From the NCBI RefSeq assembly GCF_009914755.1, contig NC_060944.1: a stretch of DNA of 64,000 nucleotides. One strand, given 5' to 3'. The first letter of the stretch is position 1; each line of letters opens with the position of its first letter. This document shows positions 15,702 through 30,600 of the stretch, piece by piece. The DNA is from the human T2T-CHM13v2.0 reference genome, Homo sapiens. The notes beneath the pieces were generated by a model. The model had not been told where the DNA came from. It worked only from the letters and a program-made list of their open reading frames with translations, and ran no database searches. The position numbers were made by a program, and so were the translations under genes.

Positions 15702-15988
15702 TTTTTTTCTGAGATGGAGTTTCACTCTTGTTGCCCAGGCTGGAGTGGTGCAATCTCAGCTCACTGTAACCACCACCTCCCAGGTTCAGGTGATTCTCCT
15801 GTCTCAGCCTCTTAAGTAGCTGGGATTACAGGCACGTGCCACCACGCCCAGCTAATTTTTGTATTTTTAGTAGAGACGGGGTTTCTCCATGTTAGCCAGG
15901 CTGGTCTCGAACTCCTGATCTCAGGTTATCCACCCGCCTTGGCCTCCAAAAGTGCTGGGATTACAGACGTGAGCCACCGTGCCTGACC
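15702..15988 (-). mobile_element. AluS
   Basis: Alu consensus with TSD caagacttttttt. Confidence 0.95.
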
Positions 15989-18450
15989 GCAAGACTTTTT
16001 TTTAATGAGTTGTTCCAGTTAGCTCAGAGCCCTGCCCTCTCATTAGCTCCATGAAGACTGATGACTTATTACTACATATTCCAAAGACAGGTCCCCACTG
16101 GGGTCAGGTAGAACTGGTTGGCATTCCTGCCCCACTAGGAGTAGGAGGAAAAGTAATAGGAAGGAAAATCACTTGCCCTTAAATTGATGTGGGGTGAGAT
16201 TAAAAACATTTCTTTTGGTGATCTGTTCGGTCACAGTATTTCTAACGATGACAACTGGATGGGAGGCCTGTAGTTCCATTTTACCCAGCAGAAGAGAACA
16301 GTCCTGACCCAGTGAAAGTCATTTATTCCAGCATGTTGGGAACATAGTACCTGGGGCACTGGTTTTATATTGTCTGAACGGTTTAGCTGCCACATAGCAT
16401 TGGGTAATAATGTATTGGGGTGAGGGCTGGGGCATACAGGGAGACAGTGAGACCCCTACAAGGCTGTACTTTCCTTTGACACATTCCAGGTGAAGTCTTA
16501 GAAGGCAGCAACTTCTCCTGTGTTTGACAGATAATAATAATCAGGAAAGCTCTCCCTACCCCCCACCCCCAATATAACAGTGGCTGCTTCTCATAGGAGT
16601 AACATACATATTTTTAATATGTAGGATGACAAGGTATAGTGGGAACTGTTTACCTTAGCATGTACTGTTTGTTTCTCAAGAATTTCAGGTCCATTACACC
16701 TTAGCAATGAAAAGCCTTCTCTTATCTAGGAAGTACTTGTAGCATTCACCAGCTTGTCTGTTCCTTTTAATTTTTTTTTTTTCCTTTGGCCAGGACCTCC
16801 CATCATAATGCCCGGATTTTCAAATTTCTAGTAATTGAGTTTCACATTCCTAATATTAACACCCATAAGGAAGCTGGAAGGAGAAAATGGATACTAGTTA
16901 TCTTACCGACTAAATATCAGTAAGAGCCCTTTGATTTTGAAGTGTTTGAAGGATGAGTGAAGAGGCCTTGTTTAGGATAGTACACTGTGGTCTAACACAT
17001 TGGGACCGTGATTTGCTACCTGAATATCTTGGGAATTTGGGGGATTCTAACCCAAGTGTTGATTAAAAACAAGAGAGCTTTCATTTTCAAATTCCCTAAC
17101 ATGACACCCTAATTATTCTAATTATTTGGAATAAAAGTGGATAACCTACAATTGTGAAGTTTTATGGTTACTAAATATTTTAGTTAACCACTTCAGTTGT
17201 TCATGATCAAAATAATTTTATATTCATTATAATACCTTCTATAAACTGGGCAGGGGAATTGACTCCCTTTGGTACGATAGACATTTATACTGTCTCTAAG
17301 TGAATTTGCCACAGATTCAGAGTGAGGTGCTTATTTGTGAAGCATTAAGAATCCCTGGGCTGTTCCCAGGGAGTTGAGTAGAGGCATGGTGAATAACTGT
17401 TCAGGTACACCTAATTGTATAGCTTGTTTATATTTGTTGTTGTACCACAATGCCCTTATTACTTAGAGCATAAACTCCAATCAGATTCACATTTATTTTA
17501 ATTATTTGATCATGAACCACATAACCTAATGGGAAACTTGGCCTGATCTGTTTTGTGAAATGTCTTGAGAAAATTATCCATGCCTACATTAAGCAAAAAC
17601 AAAACTAACTCCACATGATCTCACGCATAAAAAATGAATGCCTGGAAAAGATGCTAGTTTTAAGTTTTAGGCCAAGATTGAATTTCAATTCTGGGTCATA
17701 GATTAATGTATGTGTCCAAGTAAATGTGTATATTTGTGTGTTTGTGTGTGTGTATGTAATGAATGAATAGATAAGTATATACCCACAATATAAGTTGCTG
17801 CTAAAGAAAATAAAAGTTATAAGACCTGAAAGGGGACACCAAAAATATGATTTCCTTACAAATATTTTCAGGAATTTTACTTAATTGCAACCAGAAGTCT
17901 GACCTGGAAGTGTAGTGTTTTGACCCCCCTAGCTGTCTGGTTTCCTATTTGCGGTGTTTTTTTTCTCCCCCAACTGTGAGAAAATATATTTTACACAGTT
18001 TTAACCCTGTGTATTCTTAGAAACACTGAAATAGAAAGTATTCCTCTGCGGGGAAGAAATTCTCATTATTTACAAGAATGATTTGCAAAAGCTTCACTTA
18101 AATAGAAAATATTTTTTAAAAACTTAACAAATCCTTATTAGATATATTTGAAAATAAAACAGCTTCTTGGTTGCCCTTCAAGGTAGTGTGAACTTCTAGA
18201 AGACTGAGATTTTTGTATTGTTTAAGTTTACCCTTATTTTAGTAAAATACTAGTGTTTTCATAACAAAAGTGTACAGAATTTATAAATAATGCCCTTATG
18301 ATGAGGGTTTTTCATGCTTTCCCCCCTTCATTTTTAGCTTATTCAATCTTTTTTTCCTCTAGCTTTTTATAAAAGTGAAAATTAGGCTGAGTAAACTTAG
18401 GAAGGCTGTAGTACTATATAGTATTCTAATGAACTGAAAGATAACAATAA

Positions 18451-18737
18451 GGCCTGGCATGATGGCTCACTCTTTTAATCCCAACACTTTGGAGACCAAG
18501 GCAGAAGGATTGCTTGAGACCAGAAGTTCAAGATCTACCTGGGCAACATAACAAGGTTCTGTCTCTACAAAAAAACATAAAAATAAATTAGTTGGGTGTG
18601 ACAGCACGTACCTCTAGTCCTAGCTGCTCAGGAGGCTGAGGCAGGAGAATGGCTTGAGCCCAGGAATTCGAGGCTGCCGTGATCTATGATCATACCACTG
18701 TACTCCAGCTGAGGCAACAGAGAAAGACCCTGTCTCT
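18451..18737 (+). mobile_element. AluJ
   Basis: Diverged Alu (ggcctggcatgatggctcac...gaccctgtctc). Confidence 0.92.
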
Positions 18738-19074
18738 TTAATGATAATAAGAAATGAATGAATGACAACAATGAAGCTTAATTAGGATGACTGTAGGGCC
18801 AGGAAGCCTACTGTTGGAAAATTATAGAATTCACCATCAAATACTCATAGATTGATTTGCTGAATCAGTCAAAATGATGAGAAACATTGTTTCCATATTT
18901 CCATTGTAGCCTCTTGTTGTTTACCAGTGTGGTGGAATAATTATATATCTCGTTTTTTAAATCTCAGACATTTTCACTTACAGGAAAGCCTCATTCTTCC
19001 TAACTATTTAGTTGAGAGATTTAAAAATGAGGAACACAGTTGTCAACAATCCATTTAGCTGAAGAATACTTCTC

Positions 19075-20830
19075 ATTTTTTTAATAACAGCTTTATTGAG
19101 ATATAATTCATATACAATTCACCTGTTTAAAGTATACTGTTCAATGGTTTTTATGTATTCAGAGTTGTGTAACCATCACCAGAATCAATTTGAGAACATT
19201 TTCATCACTCCAAAAGAAACCCTTTACCCATTAGCAGTTACTCTTCATTTTCCCCAATACCCCAGCCACAGACAACCAACCACCAGCTTACTTTCTGTCT
19301 CTATGGATTTGCCTGTTCTGGACATTTCATACAAATAGAGTCATACACCATGTGGTTCTCTGTAACTGGCTTCTTTCACTCAGCATAATGTTTTCAAGAT
19401 TCGTTCATTTTATAACACATATCAGTAGTACTTTATTTCATTTTATTACAAATAATGTTCCATGGTATGGATCTATCATATTTTGTCCATTCATCAATTG
19501 ATGGACATTTGGGTTGTTAACCACATTTGGCTATGATGAATAATGCTACTATGGGTATTCGTGTACAAGTTTTTGAGTGGACATATGTTTTCATTTCTCA
19601 TGGCTATATACCTACGAATGGAATTTCTGGGTCATTCTGTACCTGTATGTTTAACATATTGACGAACTTCCAGACTGTTTTCCAAGTAGCTGCAGCATTT
19701 TCTGTTCCTGCCAGCAGTGTATGAGGCTTCTATTTTCTCCACATCCTTAGCCACACCTGTTTGTCTTTTTGACTATAGCTGTCCTGTGTGTATGAAGTGT
19801 TATCTCATTGTGGTTTTGATTCCATTTCCCTGATGACTAATAATGTTACCATCTATTCAAGTACTTACTGGCCGTTTGTATATCTTCTGTGGATAAATGT
19901 TTGTTCAGGATTTGAACCCATTTTTAATTGGGTTATTAGTCTTTTTATTGAGTTATGGGAATTCTTTTAAACATTCTAGATATAAGTCCCTTATCAGCTA
20001 TATGATTTATAACATTTTTCTTCTCTTCTGTGGATTTTCTTTTCATTTTCTTGATGGTGGCCTTTGATACCCAAAAGTTTTTAATTTTAATGATGTCCAA
20101 TTCATCTATGTTGTTGTTGTTGTGCTTTTGATATCATATCTAAGAAACCATTGCCCTATCCAAGGTAATAAAAATGTACATCTATTTTTTAAGGAGTTTT
20201 ATAGTTTTAGCTCTTACATTCAGGTCTTTGATGCATTTTGAGTTAATTTCATATATGACATGAGTTAGGGGTCCAACTTTATTCTTTTGCATGTGGATAT
20301 CCAGTTGTCCAAGTACCTTTTGTTGAAAAGACTATTCTATCCTCATTTAATTTTCTTGGCACCTTTGTTGAAAATCAGTTGACAATAAATGTGAGTGTTT
20401 ATTTCTGGACTCTCAATTCTGTTTCTTTTTTTTCTTTTCTTTTTTCTTTTTTTTCTTTTTTCAGACAGAGTCTCTCTCTGTCGCCCAGGCTGGAGTGCAG
20501 TGGTGTGATCTCGGCTCGCTGCAACCTCCGCCTCCCAGGTTCAACCGATTCTCCACCTCAGCCTCCTGAGTAGCTGGGATTAAGGCATCCGCCACCATGC
20601 CCAGCTAATTTTTGTATTTTTAGTGGAGATGGGGTTTCACCATGTTGGCCAAGCTGGTCTCGAACTCCTGACCTCATGTGATCCACCCGCCTCGACCTCC
20701 CAAAGTGTTGGGATTACAGGCGTGAGCCACCGTGCCTGGCCTCAATTCTGTTTCTACATGTGTTTCCATATGCCAATACTGCACTGTCTTGATTACTGTA
20801 GCTTTATAGTAAATTTGAAATTGTCTTCTC
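19075..20830 (-). mobile_element. L1MB-type LINE-1 3' portion with an Alu inserted
   Basis: taacagctttattgagatataattcatatac... is the L1MB-type 3' end, followed by antisense ORF2 sequence that continues across the Alu. Confidence 0.88.
20427..20741 (-). mobile_element. AluS inside L1
   Basis: Alu consensus with TSD tcaattctgtttct. Confidence 0.95.
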
Positions 20831-21389
20831 ATTCTTTTAATGGAACTATTTTTTTTTTCTTCCCAGCAGGGTCAAAGCTGGCATTTACTAGTTAGGATCA
20901 AGAATCTTTTTTAACCTAGCCAGTGCAAACATGATTTTAAATTGTTATAAATATCTGAATTTTAATGAATTAATAAAGTACCATTGATTTTGCCAGTGGT
21001 CTTCTCCAGAGATTTAGATTAAATTAAACCTTTCACAAATTTCTTGACTCTAATTGTTCCATTTTAACCAAATCAATGAAGATAAAAGTTATCCTCATTA
21101 TAGTCAAGGTCTTCATAGGCAGAAAAACTGTGGTGAGTCACCAGTATTTGCAAGGTATGACTGAGGGCACTCATGGGTCTTTAATTCTCATTCAGAATCC
21201 TTTCCCTCAGGTTCTAAAGTTGAGGCCAGGTTAAAATCTAACCTCCTTTGTTCACCCTTCCAGGCTTGTCCCCCATCTCTCTCTATTATTCTATGCATTC
21301 TGAACTCTAGGCGTCAGTCTACCCTACCAGGGTTGCCAGGAGCCAAAAGGACTTGTCTGAGTTTTTGCACAGATATGAATGCAGTGCCC

Positions 21390-21720
21390 TCCGCTTCTCA
21401 GTCCCAGCAGAATGCTCCTGATGCTTTAATCCTCTGCTTGAATGTTTCCCATCCTTGAGGATCTCCCTCCTCCCAATTTGGTTTGTTACTCCCCTTTGTT
21501 AAGTTAGACTTACCCTTTTTTTTTTTTTTTTAACATTGCAGTTGCCTATGCCTACCTTTGTTGCAGTAGCATTTACAATGTAACCATCCTACCTTTAACT
21601 CCTCTGTCTCTCCCTCTGCCCTCAGTTGAGTCCCTCAGGAGCAGAGCATTTTTCTTGATACCCCTAGGACCTCACATAGTACTTATATGTGGTAGGTGTG
21701 CAAGTGGCATGAGTTGGATG
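21390..21720 (+). mobile_element. L2 fragment
   Basis: gagtccctcaggagcagagc...cctaggacctcacatagtacttatatgtggtaggtg resembles the L2 3' end. Confidence 0.45.
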
Positions 21721-22633
21721 GTTCCGGTTCGATTATTACTATTTGAGGGGCACCTGGTTTTTGACAGAATGAAAAAAGCATAACCATTTCCTGTTCATAC
21801 TGGCTCCTGGAACTCCTCTACTGAAATCATTTTCAAGATTAAGAAAGAGTAAAATCCCTTTTTAGTGGAATGCCTCACATATACAGACATATATACTCCA
21901 GTTTGCTGCCAAACTGCCAACTCAGTAATAGCTCACCATGAATGTGATATTTAATAGAAATGATTGACAATAATTCCAGACAAAGGTGTACAGCCCAGAC
22001 TTGTTTAACAATGTTGGCCTTAATGCCATTTCTAAGGAATCTTTTTTTTTCTTCTGAGCCCCAAAAAAGCCTTTTTCCAGAAAAGCTGTGTTGAGGAGAG
22101 AGCTGAGAAACAGTGAGACTTGCTCTAATGCATGGGGAAGGGGTTTGAATGATGCAAACAAGCAGAGTAGCAGTGTGTCCAGAAGTAGGTGCTGGTGGTA
22201 GAGAGCAGCAGCAGCCTGGGGAAGACCATGGGACAAGATGGAGGGACAGGGAGCTGATAGCAGGAGGTGTGGGCAGGGCTGATGTTGAGAAAATCCTGAA
22301 AAGTAGTGATATTTGGCTTCATACAGAACCTTACAGGTGGCTTCATACAGAACCTTAGATGTGAGAACCTTGGTGGGAGACATCTGCCACTGAGAAAAGA
22401 TGAAGACAAACCTAGCAAACCAGTGAAATGCACAAGTCCAGGAAGAAAAGAGAGAGACAGAACGTGCCTGAGTTTGAACAAGATGTAGTGTATTATTACC
22501 CTTGATTGTGTGGATATTGCTTTACAACTCAGAGCTTTCTCCAGGATCCTCTTTCAGAGACCCCAAAGCACTGTAAAGTATCAAGTATTTGCAAATGCCA
22601 GGTAGAAAAGTCTCACACCATGCGGACTTTCTA

Positions 22634-22936
<303 letters not shown>

Positions 22937-24029
22937 TCACCCGAAGTGGGATGACTGAGAGCTGAGTAATGCCTTGAAAATATTTGCATTTGTAACAGCT
23001 GAAGGACAGTGATGAAAAGTGATTCCGTGGGGTGGATCTCCAGGAAGCTGGGAAATGTGGCATAATAAAATGTTATGAGCTTTTGTGAGGCCCCAGGGAA
23101 TGGTGAATTCTCAGTGTGCAACAAAAGGAAAAATATCTAAATAAAAGGAAAGTGAAGTTTTCATGGAATGACAGGGCTGTGTGTACTCCTGTCAGTGAGT
23201 GGGGACCAGGATCTTGGAGAGGTGGCAGGGTGCAGGCAGGATGCAGCTTTAGACCTTCCCAGACACCTGATCTGACACTTCTCCATAGGCCATTAGAGTG
23301 TCAGTCTGTTTGTTTCCTACTCTTATTTTAAATTCCCTCTGTTCCTGGTATTTCCTTAATATTTCCATTTTGTTTGCGTTACATATGTAAACTGTTTTTT
23401 TAAAACCTGCATTCTGTGTTTTTAGCAGGAAGGTTTCCTTTATCTCAGCTTTCAGATTTCCCCAATTCAGCTTTCAGAGATTAGCCCTGTTTAGTACAAG
23501 GTGATATTTTTATTGAATGGTGCACTTTCTATTCCATGCTTAACGGGTTGGTAATCTGGCTTGAGTCTGCAAGATGTGTGTGTATGTATCTATAACTATG
23601 TATCTATAAATCTATATTTTCAACTTGGGCCACTAGTTTAAAAATCTCAGGGTGAAGTTATTGTTCGTATTTTACAATAGTATGATAATTTAAGCTTAAG
23701 GAAGATAAGAGCTTTACAATCACCTATTAGATCATTTTTGTTTAGATTTCCTTTAAATTGTTATCTACTTAGAAAAATTATTCTAAAGATTATAGTTATA
23801 GTTCACAACATAATAAAAGATACTTTTGCCTTCCTTATAAAATGTTATTTTCAGGGTTAGGAAATTACCTAAAAAAATAAGCTTTAATCATGATTTATGT
23901 TCTGAGACTTTGGAAGAGGGTCTATATTAATATAAATATTTAGAAGAAAAAAATGTATCATCTTGAAAGGCCCTGAATATTTTCATGGTGGTGTTTCTTT
24001 TTTACAAATAAATCTTTAAAAGAATACTT

Positions 24030-24730
24030 TCATTTTTTAAAACATCAGAAATTTCAAATACATACAAAAATAGGATCATATAATGAACCCCCACTTATCT
24101 GTTGCCAGCATCCCAGTTTTAAACAGCATATAGCCAATGTTATTTCATTTATATGCTCATCTATTCCCTGCTCCCCCAACTATTTTAAAGTAGATTCTGG
24201 ATGTCATTTAATTTTATATATAAATGATTCAACATACAGAGCTCTAAAAGAGAAGTGATTTTTAAAATGTTAAAAACGCCATTAAAGACAAAAAAGTAAT
24301 GTCATCAACTATCTAGTCCATCTTCAGATTTATCTGAACGTCTCTTCAGTTCCTTTATAGTTGAGTTGTTCTATTCAGGGTCTGAACAAGGTTGGTGTAC
24401 ACATTCATTGCACTCGGTTGATTATCTTTATCATAGAAGAACACCTCCTTTAACCTGTAGGAACCCTCATCCCCAATTTTTTTTCTATCTGTTTATTTAA
24501 GAAAGCGGGTCAAATGTCCTCTGGAATTTCCCACATTTGGATTTGGCTGGCTGCATCCGGATGGTGGCATTAACCTGCCTCTTCCAGCCCCTTGTATTTT
24601 CTGTGGATTGGTGGTTTGAGCCACAGGCCTGATGAGGCTGGGGTCCCTTGTGTGAGAATACTTTGTGGTATGTGGGGTGTGTTTTCTGTTGCATCTCATC
24701 TGGCAACACATGATTTCTGGTTGTATCCCT
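24030..24730 (-). mobile_element. Old L1ME/L1MD-type 3' UTR fragment
   Basis: aaatttcaaatacatacaaaaatagga...tataatgaacccccac, typical of old L1M 3' ends. Confidence 0.55.
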
Positions 24731-25544
24731 TCTAATTTCACGCTAACAATGTATATACAATGAAAATGGAGCTTTTTATGATTTTAAAATTAATCAGTAT
24801 TTTAGATTTGTTCATTAGGTATTTATATTACTAGTAAATACTGTTTAAGCAAAACAAAATTTAAAAGACTCTTTTACGTAGGCTTCTGAAACTTTGCTTA
24901 ATTCAGGCAATTAAGATAAAAATATCAAGGTAATGTTTTGCAATAAAACCTGGGTGTTAGCATACATAGTTCCTTTTTAAATCTAAGTCTATGTAAGATC
25001 TAATTTAGCACCTTAATTAAGATGGTAAGTTATTGCATACCTATCATCATAAGGCTTACATATCAGCCCAATATACATCTTATGTGAACTCTTAAGGACT
25101 TGTATAATAGAAGATAAAAATAAAAAGCACATACATGGTGGGTTTTTTTTCCCCTATAAAAACGCAAATCAGCAGGTAGTTAAAACAAAAAGAAAGAAAG
25201 AAAAGAAAACAAAGAAGGCATGAGACCGGTTCATTTAAATTCCCTGGAGGAGTGATAATAATTGAGCTAATATGCATTGCCTTCTCATAAATTGCTTCAG
25301 TAGTTTAGGCCTTGAGTGGCTTAGAAATTAGCTGTCTCCCCTTGCCTCTTCACTGTTGCTATAGAATCCAGCTAAAGGCCTGTTTGTTTGTGTTTAAAGA
25401 ACTAGGATAACCTCTTATATTCACTGACAGAACTTACATTTTGTTTTTGTCTTCTAAGAACTCTGCAAAGCACTACCATTACTCTAATAAGACTCTCACT
25501 ACTAATTTCATTATAACATACCAGTAAATCAACAAAATAAGATT

Positions 25545-25760
25545 TAGAGCAGTAACTTCCAGACCTGTCTGAGCATCAGAATTCCCTGGAGCTCTTTTAA
25601 AAGAATGTAGTTCTCTGGCTCTCACCCCAGGTTCTCTGGGCCTGGGAATCCAGGAATCTGTATGGTTGGAAAAGACCTCAGCCTTGGAGATTCAAATTTC
25701 CCAAGTGATTTAGATATGGGCAGTGGACTCATGATTGGGAATTGGAAAGACCCTAGACTA
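25545..25760. mobile_element. MER5-like hAT-Charlie MITE
   Basis: gcatcagaattccctggagctcttttaaaa...ccaggaatctgtat...ttcccaagtgatt. Confidence 0.6.
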
Positions 25761-26532
25761 GTAGATAGATGCTTATTTGAGCTTGATAGTGGATTATTTA
25801 ATAACTGGAAGAGGAAGTAGAAGAGATGATAAGTTTTAGGAATATTTAGTGTTTTCATCCATGACTTGAGTGAATGCATCAAAAATGGGTAAAAGACCTA
25901 GCACCTTATAAAATGGGATAGAAATTCCAAATGACTGTGACAAAATTAAGAGGAATGTCTGTTACAGACAAATGCTGAATAGAAAATGTAGAATAGAAAA
26001 CAGACTACATAAAAAGAAAAAGCAGAAAGCAAGCAAGCATGCAACTGGGAAACAAAAACAGAAGTGTGACATGAAAGAAGAAACACACAATGATCTTTCT
26101 TTAATTTAATGTTTTCCCCTGAAGCTCCTGTGTTGTTTTCTGCTTCTCATCTTTGCAAAGTTCCCAGAACAGATGTTTGTGTTTTGTGTCCTCTTTCATA
26201 CTCTCATTTATTCTTCCACCCTGAAGCTACCTCCGAAATGCTACCAATCACCTCTCAATTGCCAGCTGAGTATTTTGTTCTATTTCTGCTGTCACTAATG
26301 CTCTCTGGCATTTGATCTTTCAACTCTCTTTTCCAAGACTTCACTATGGTGGCTGGCCTTCTTCTGATCTAACTACTCCATGTGGGCCCCTCTTTCTCTG
26401 CTGACTCTTGAGAGTGGTCCTGCCCTTGCCCTTTGATCTCTCACTTGACATGCTCTGCCATGGACTTTTCTTCCTTTTGGCCAGAGTTGCTTCAGTAGAT
26501 CTGCAGCCATGACTTTTCCTCTGAACTCCAAC

Positions 26533-26906
26533 TTTTCCTTTTCCTTTTCCTTTCCCCTTTCCCCTTTCCTTTCCTTTCCTTTCCTTTTTTTTCTTTCTTT
26601 CTTTCTTTCTTTTTTTGAGACGGAGTCTCACTCTGTCACCCAGGCTGGATGGAGCGCAGTGGCATGATCTTGGCTCATTGCAACCTCCGTCACCTGGGTT
26701 CAAGCAATTCTCCTGCCTCAGCCTCCCTCCTGAGTAGCTGGGACTACAGTTGCACACCACCACACCCAGCTAATTTTTATATTTTTAGTAGAGACAGGGT
26801 TTCACCATATTGGTCAGGCTGGTCTCGAACTCCTAACCTCAGGTGATCCACCTGCCTCGGCCTCCCAAAATGCTGGAATTACAGGCATGAGCCACCGTGC
26901 CCAGCC
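26533..26906 (-). mobile_element. AluS with an expanded (TTTCC)n/(TTTC)n tail, inside an L2 fragment (about 26150-27200)
   Basis: Alu consensus; pyrimidine microsatellite tail at 26533-26616. Confidence 0.93.
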
Positions 26907-27206
26907 ACTGCACACCTTATTTCTATTGGCTTTCCAAACAGCTTCACCCAGAAATCTCATTGATCCTCATCTCTAAAGCTTGGTTTATCTTACCAAGCCT
27001 ACCTACCCTCTCTATACCTTAGGAAGCTACCACTCATGTAGTCAACAAAGTTAAAAAAAATTGTCATTGTCATCAGTCTTCTCTGAACACGTTTCATTGA
27101 CAACCAAGCCTGTCTCTGATTTTCATCTCTAAAGTGTCCCTTGAATATCTCTCTCTCTTGTTAGTCCTATGGCTACTGATGATCCTTGCCTTCTCCCACT
27201 TGACTT

Positions 27207-27607
27207 TGTTAAAAGAAAAACTTTAGACAAAATAAATATAACAGTTTATTTGAGCAAATAACAATTCATGAATCAGGCAACACTCAAATCCACAAGAGAT
27301 TCTGAGAGCTCCGTTCCAGCAGTATGGGCAGGGGGCTTTCATAGGCTGAATGTGGAGGCAAAGTAAAGAAATTACTTGATTGGTTATAGCTAGGCATTTG
27401 CCTTATTTGGATATGGTTCAATAGAAAGTCCCTAGTTAATATAACGAATTTGCTAGTTGGTTATCTGCGATTGGCTGAAGCTCCATTCAAAATTAATCAG
27501 TCACAAGGAATGCCTCTAAGTTAAGTTTTGGTTTGCTTATTTATGTAAGGGTTCCTAGTACAGAAACAACCCCAGACTAATGGTTTCTTGCTTATTTTGG
27601 CTTAACA
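27207..27607. mobile_element. ERV1-class solo LTR (MER31/MER67-like)
   Basis: Short inverted termini tgttaa...ttaaca and imperfect 4-bp TSD actt/gctt. Confidence 0.75.
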
Positions 27608-27629
27608 GCTTGTTAATGATAGGTATGCA

Positions 27630-30600
27630 GTAATTTGTGATAAAGAGGGAAAAAAAGATGAAGAGAAATATTAGGAATAGAAGTATTAGTAATGAAAAAA
27701 AGACGTAATTAGATCAGGAATAGAAGTATTAGTAATGAAAAAAGACATAATTAAATTAGGTGGAAATTAAAATAAAAGACTATTAAGAACAACTTCGTGC
27801 CAATAAATTTGAAAACTAAGGTGAAATAGAAAAATTCATAGAAAAATATAAATTGTTAATGTGAGCTAAGAATAAATATAAACCCTGAATAGATTATTAA
27901 AGAATTTAAACCACTGGTTAAAAAAGAAAGCACCAGGTCTGGATATTTTACCAGGACAGTTCGCCCCAAAATTTAAGAACTAGGTAACTCCAGTTTTATG
28001 TACTTGAATAAATGTTAACATCTCCAATTCATTTTATGAGGTTACTATAACTTGACACTAAAAACTAGGATCAAAAAAGAAAAGAAAAAAACAGGACAAT
28101 AAAAGAGAAGAAAATTACAGGTCAATCTCACTCAAATATAAAAGCAGAAATCCTAAACTAAATATTAGCAAGCTAAATTTGGCAATATAGAAAACAAAAT
28201 CATGATATCATACAAAGTTGGCTCAGCATTAAAAGTCAATTTGTAATATTTACAACATTAATAAATTAAAAAGAGCAATGCATGTAACAATTATACAAGG
28301 TACAGGAAAAGCAACCAGTATTTATAATAAAAATTTTTAGAAAATTAGAAATATGTCTACAAAAAGTCTACAACAAATGTTCTCAGTAGTAAGTGAAACA
28401 TTAACAGTGTTAGCTTTATAATAAGGAGCACCAGAAGATACCTACCAGCAGCAGTATTCAACACTCTACTGGAGGAGTTCCAGCCCAAAGAATAAAACAG
28501 GAAAAAAATATACAGGTGAAAAAATTGGAGATGAAGAAAAGTCCCTTTTTTGGTACATGGTATGATTGTATATGCAGAAAAATCTAAAATAAATATACAT
28601 ACAAATTACTCAAATTAAAACAAAGCTATAGCAAGCAAAACAGAATAGCACTGGCGTAAAAATGGGCCCTAGACCAACAGAACAAAATAGAGAGCCCAGA
28701 AATAAACTCATGTGTATATGGCCAAATATTCTTTGACAAGAGCACCAAAAATGCAAAATGGGGAAAGAATAGTCTCTTCAATAAATGGTTCTGGGTAAAC
28801 TGGATATCCAAATGCAAAAGAATGAACTTGGATCTTTATCTTATACCATACACAAAAATTAAAATATATTAAAGTCTTAAATGTGAGACCTGAAACCATA
28901 AAACTTCTAGTAGAAGAAGTTGGGAAATGGCTCCTTGACATTGGTCCTGACAATGATTTTTTTGGATGTGACCCCAAAAGACAGGTAACAAAAGCAACTA
29001 TATCAAACTAAAAACTTCTGTGCAGCAAAGGAAACAATCAACAAAATGAAAAGGTAACCTATAGAATGGAATAAATATTTTCAAGCCCATATATCTAATA
29101 AGGGATTAATATCCAAAATATATAAGGAACTCATACAACTCAATAGCAAAGAAAAAAAAGGAAAAGGAAGAAAGAAAACAACTAAATTAAATACCCCAAT
29201 TAAAAATGGGGAAGGACCTAAGTAGATATTTTCCCAAAGAAAACATATAATTGTAAACAGGTATATGGAAAGGTGCTTAACGTTATTTACCATCAGGAAA
29301 TGCACGTTATGACCACAGTGAGATGTCATCTCATACCTGTTAGAATGGCTGTTATAAAAAGAGATAATAAGTATTGGTGAAGGTGTGGAGAAAAGGGAAC
29401 CCTTGCATGCTTTTGATGGGAGTGTAAATTAGTACAGCCATTATGGAAAACAGTATGGAGATTCTTCAGAAAAGTAGAAACAGAACTACCATATGATCCA
29501 GCAGTCTCACGTCTGGGTATATATACAAAGGAAATGAAACTAGCATCTTTAAAAATGTGCTGTATGTATACAATGGAACATTACTCAGCCATAAAAAAAG
29601 AAGGAAATCCTACTATTTGTGTCAGCACTGATGAACCTGGAGTGCATTATGCTACATGAAGTAAGCCAGACATAGACAAATACTGTGTGATCTCACTTGT
29701 ATGTAGAATCTAAAAAAGCCTAATTCATAAAAGCAGAGAGTAGAATGATGATTGCCAGAGGCAGGGGTAGGGACAGAGTCTGGCTAGGGGAAGGGGTCAA
29801 TGAGGGAAGGAAGGGGAGATTTGGTCAAAGGACACAAACTATCAGTTATAAGGTGAATAAGTTCTGGGGAATCTAATGTACACTGTGGTGACTGTAGTTA
29901 ATAATCATTGCATACTTGAAATTTGGTAAGAGAGATCTTTAAATGTTCTCACTGCAAGAAAAAGAGAGATAACTATATGAGGTGATAGTTGTATTAATTA
30001 GCCTGATTGTGGTAATCATTTCACAATAGATACATATATCAAATCATCATGTTCTATACCTTAAATGTATACAACTTTTATTTATCAATTATACCCCAAT
30101 AAAGGTGGGGAAAAAAGATTTAATAGGCATTTCAGCTGACAACATATAGAAGTCAGTTACAACAGCAGGCAGTTTAAAAATGTAGTTTTTAGGAGATAAC
30201 ATTTACATGACAACACTAAAAAAACTTTATTGGAAGGTATTAAATAAGTTATTAAAAATAATTAGGAGATTTACCATGTCAAATGTATGGGAAGTGTCAT
30301 TATCATAAAGATGTTTATTTTCTCCAAATTGATCTATAAATTCAAGGTCTTTCTGATCCAACCCTGAAAGGGCTTTTCATGCAACTGGACAAGCTAATAA
30401 AAGGATAAAAGGCCAAGAATAACTTCAAGTACTCCTGATGAAGAAGAAAAATAATGTTGGGAGTCAGGAAAGGAAATTGCCCTACTAGATTAAGATTTAT
30501 TATAAATAAAGCTCAGGTAATTAACATAGTGTTAACTGACTGATGATAAGCTAGTGGAATAAAGTGAGTCAGAAAGAGAGGTCTGTGTATGACAGACCTG

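Noticed and set aside
16465-16497. Polypyrimidine-CAG|GTGAAG as a mid-intron recursive splice site
   Set aside because: The donor is weak and such motifs are expected by chance in a 38-kb intron.
21922-22488. Cluster of overlapping ORFs on both strands (up to 153 aa)
   Set aside because: Purine-biased low-information sequence with no recognisable homology or exon structure.
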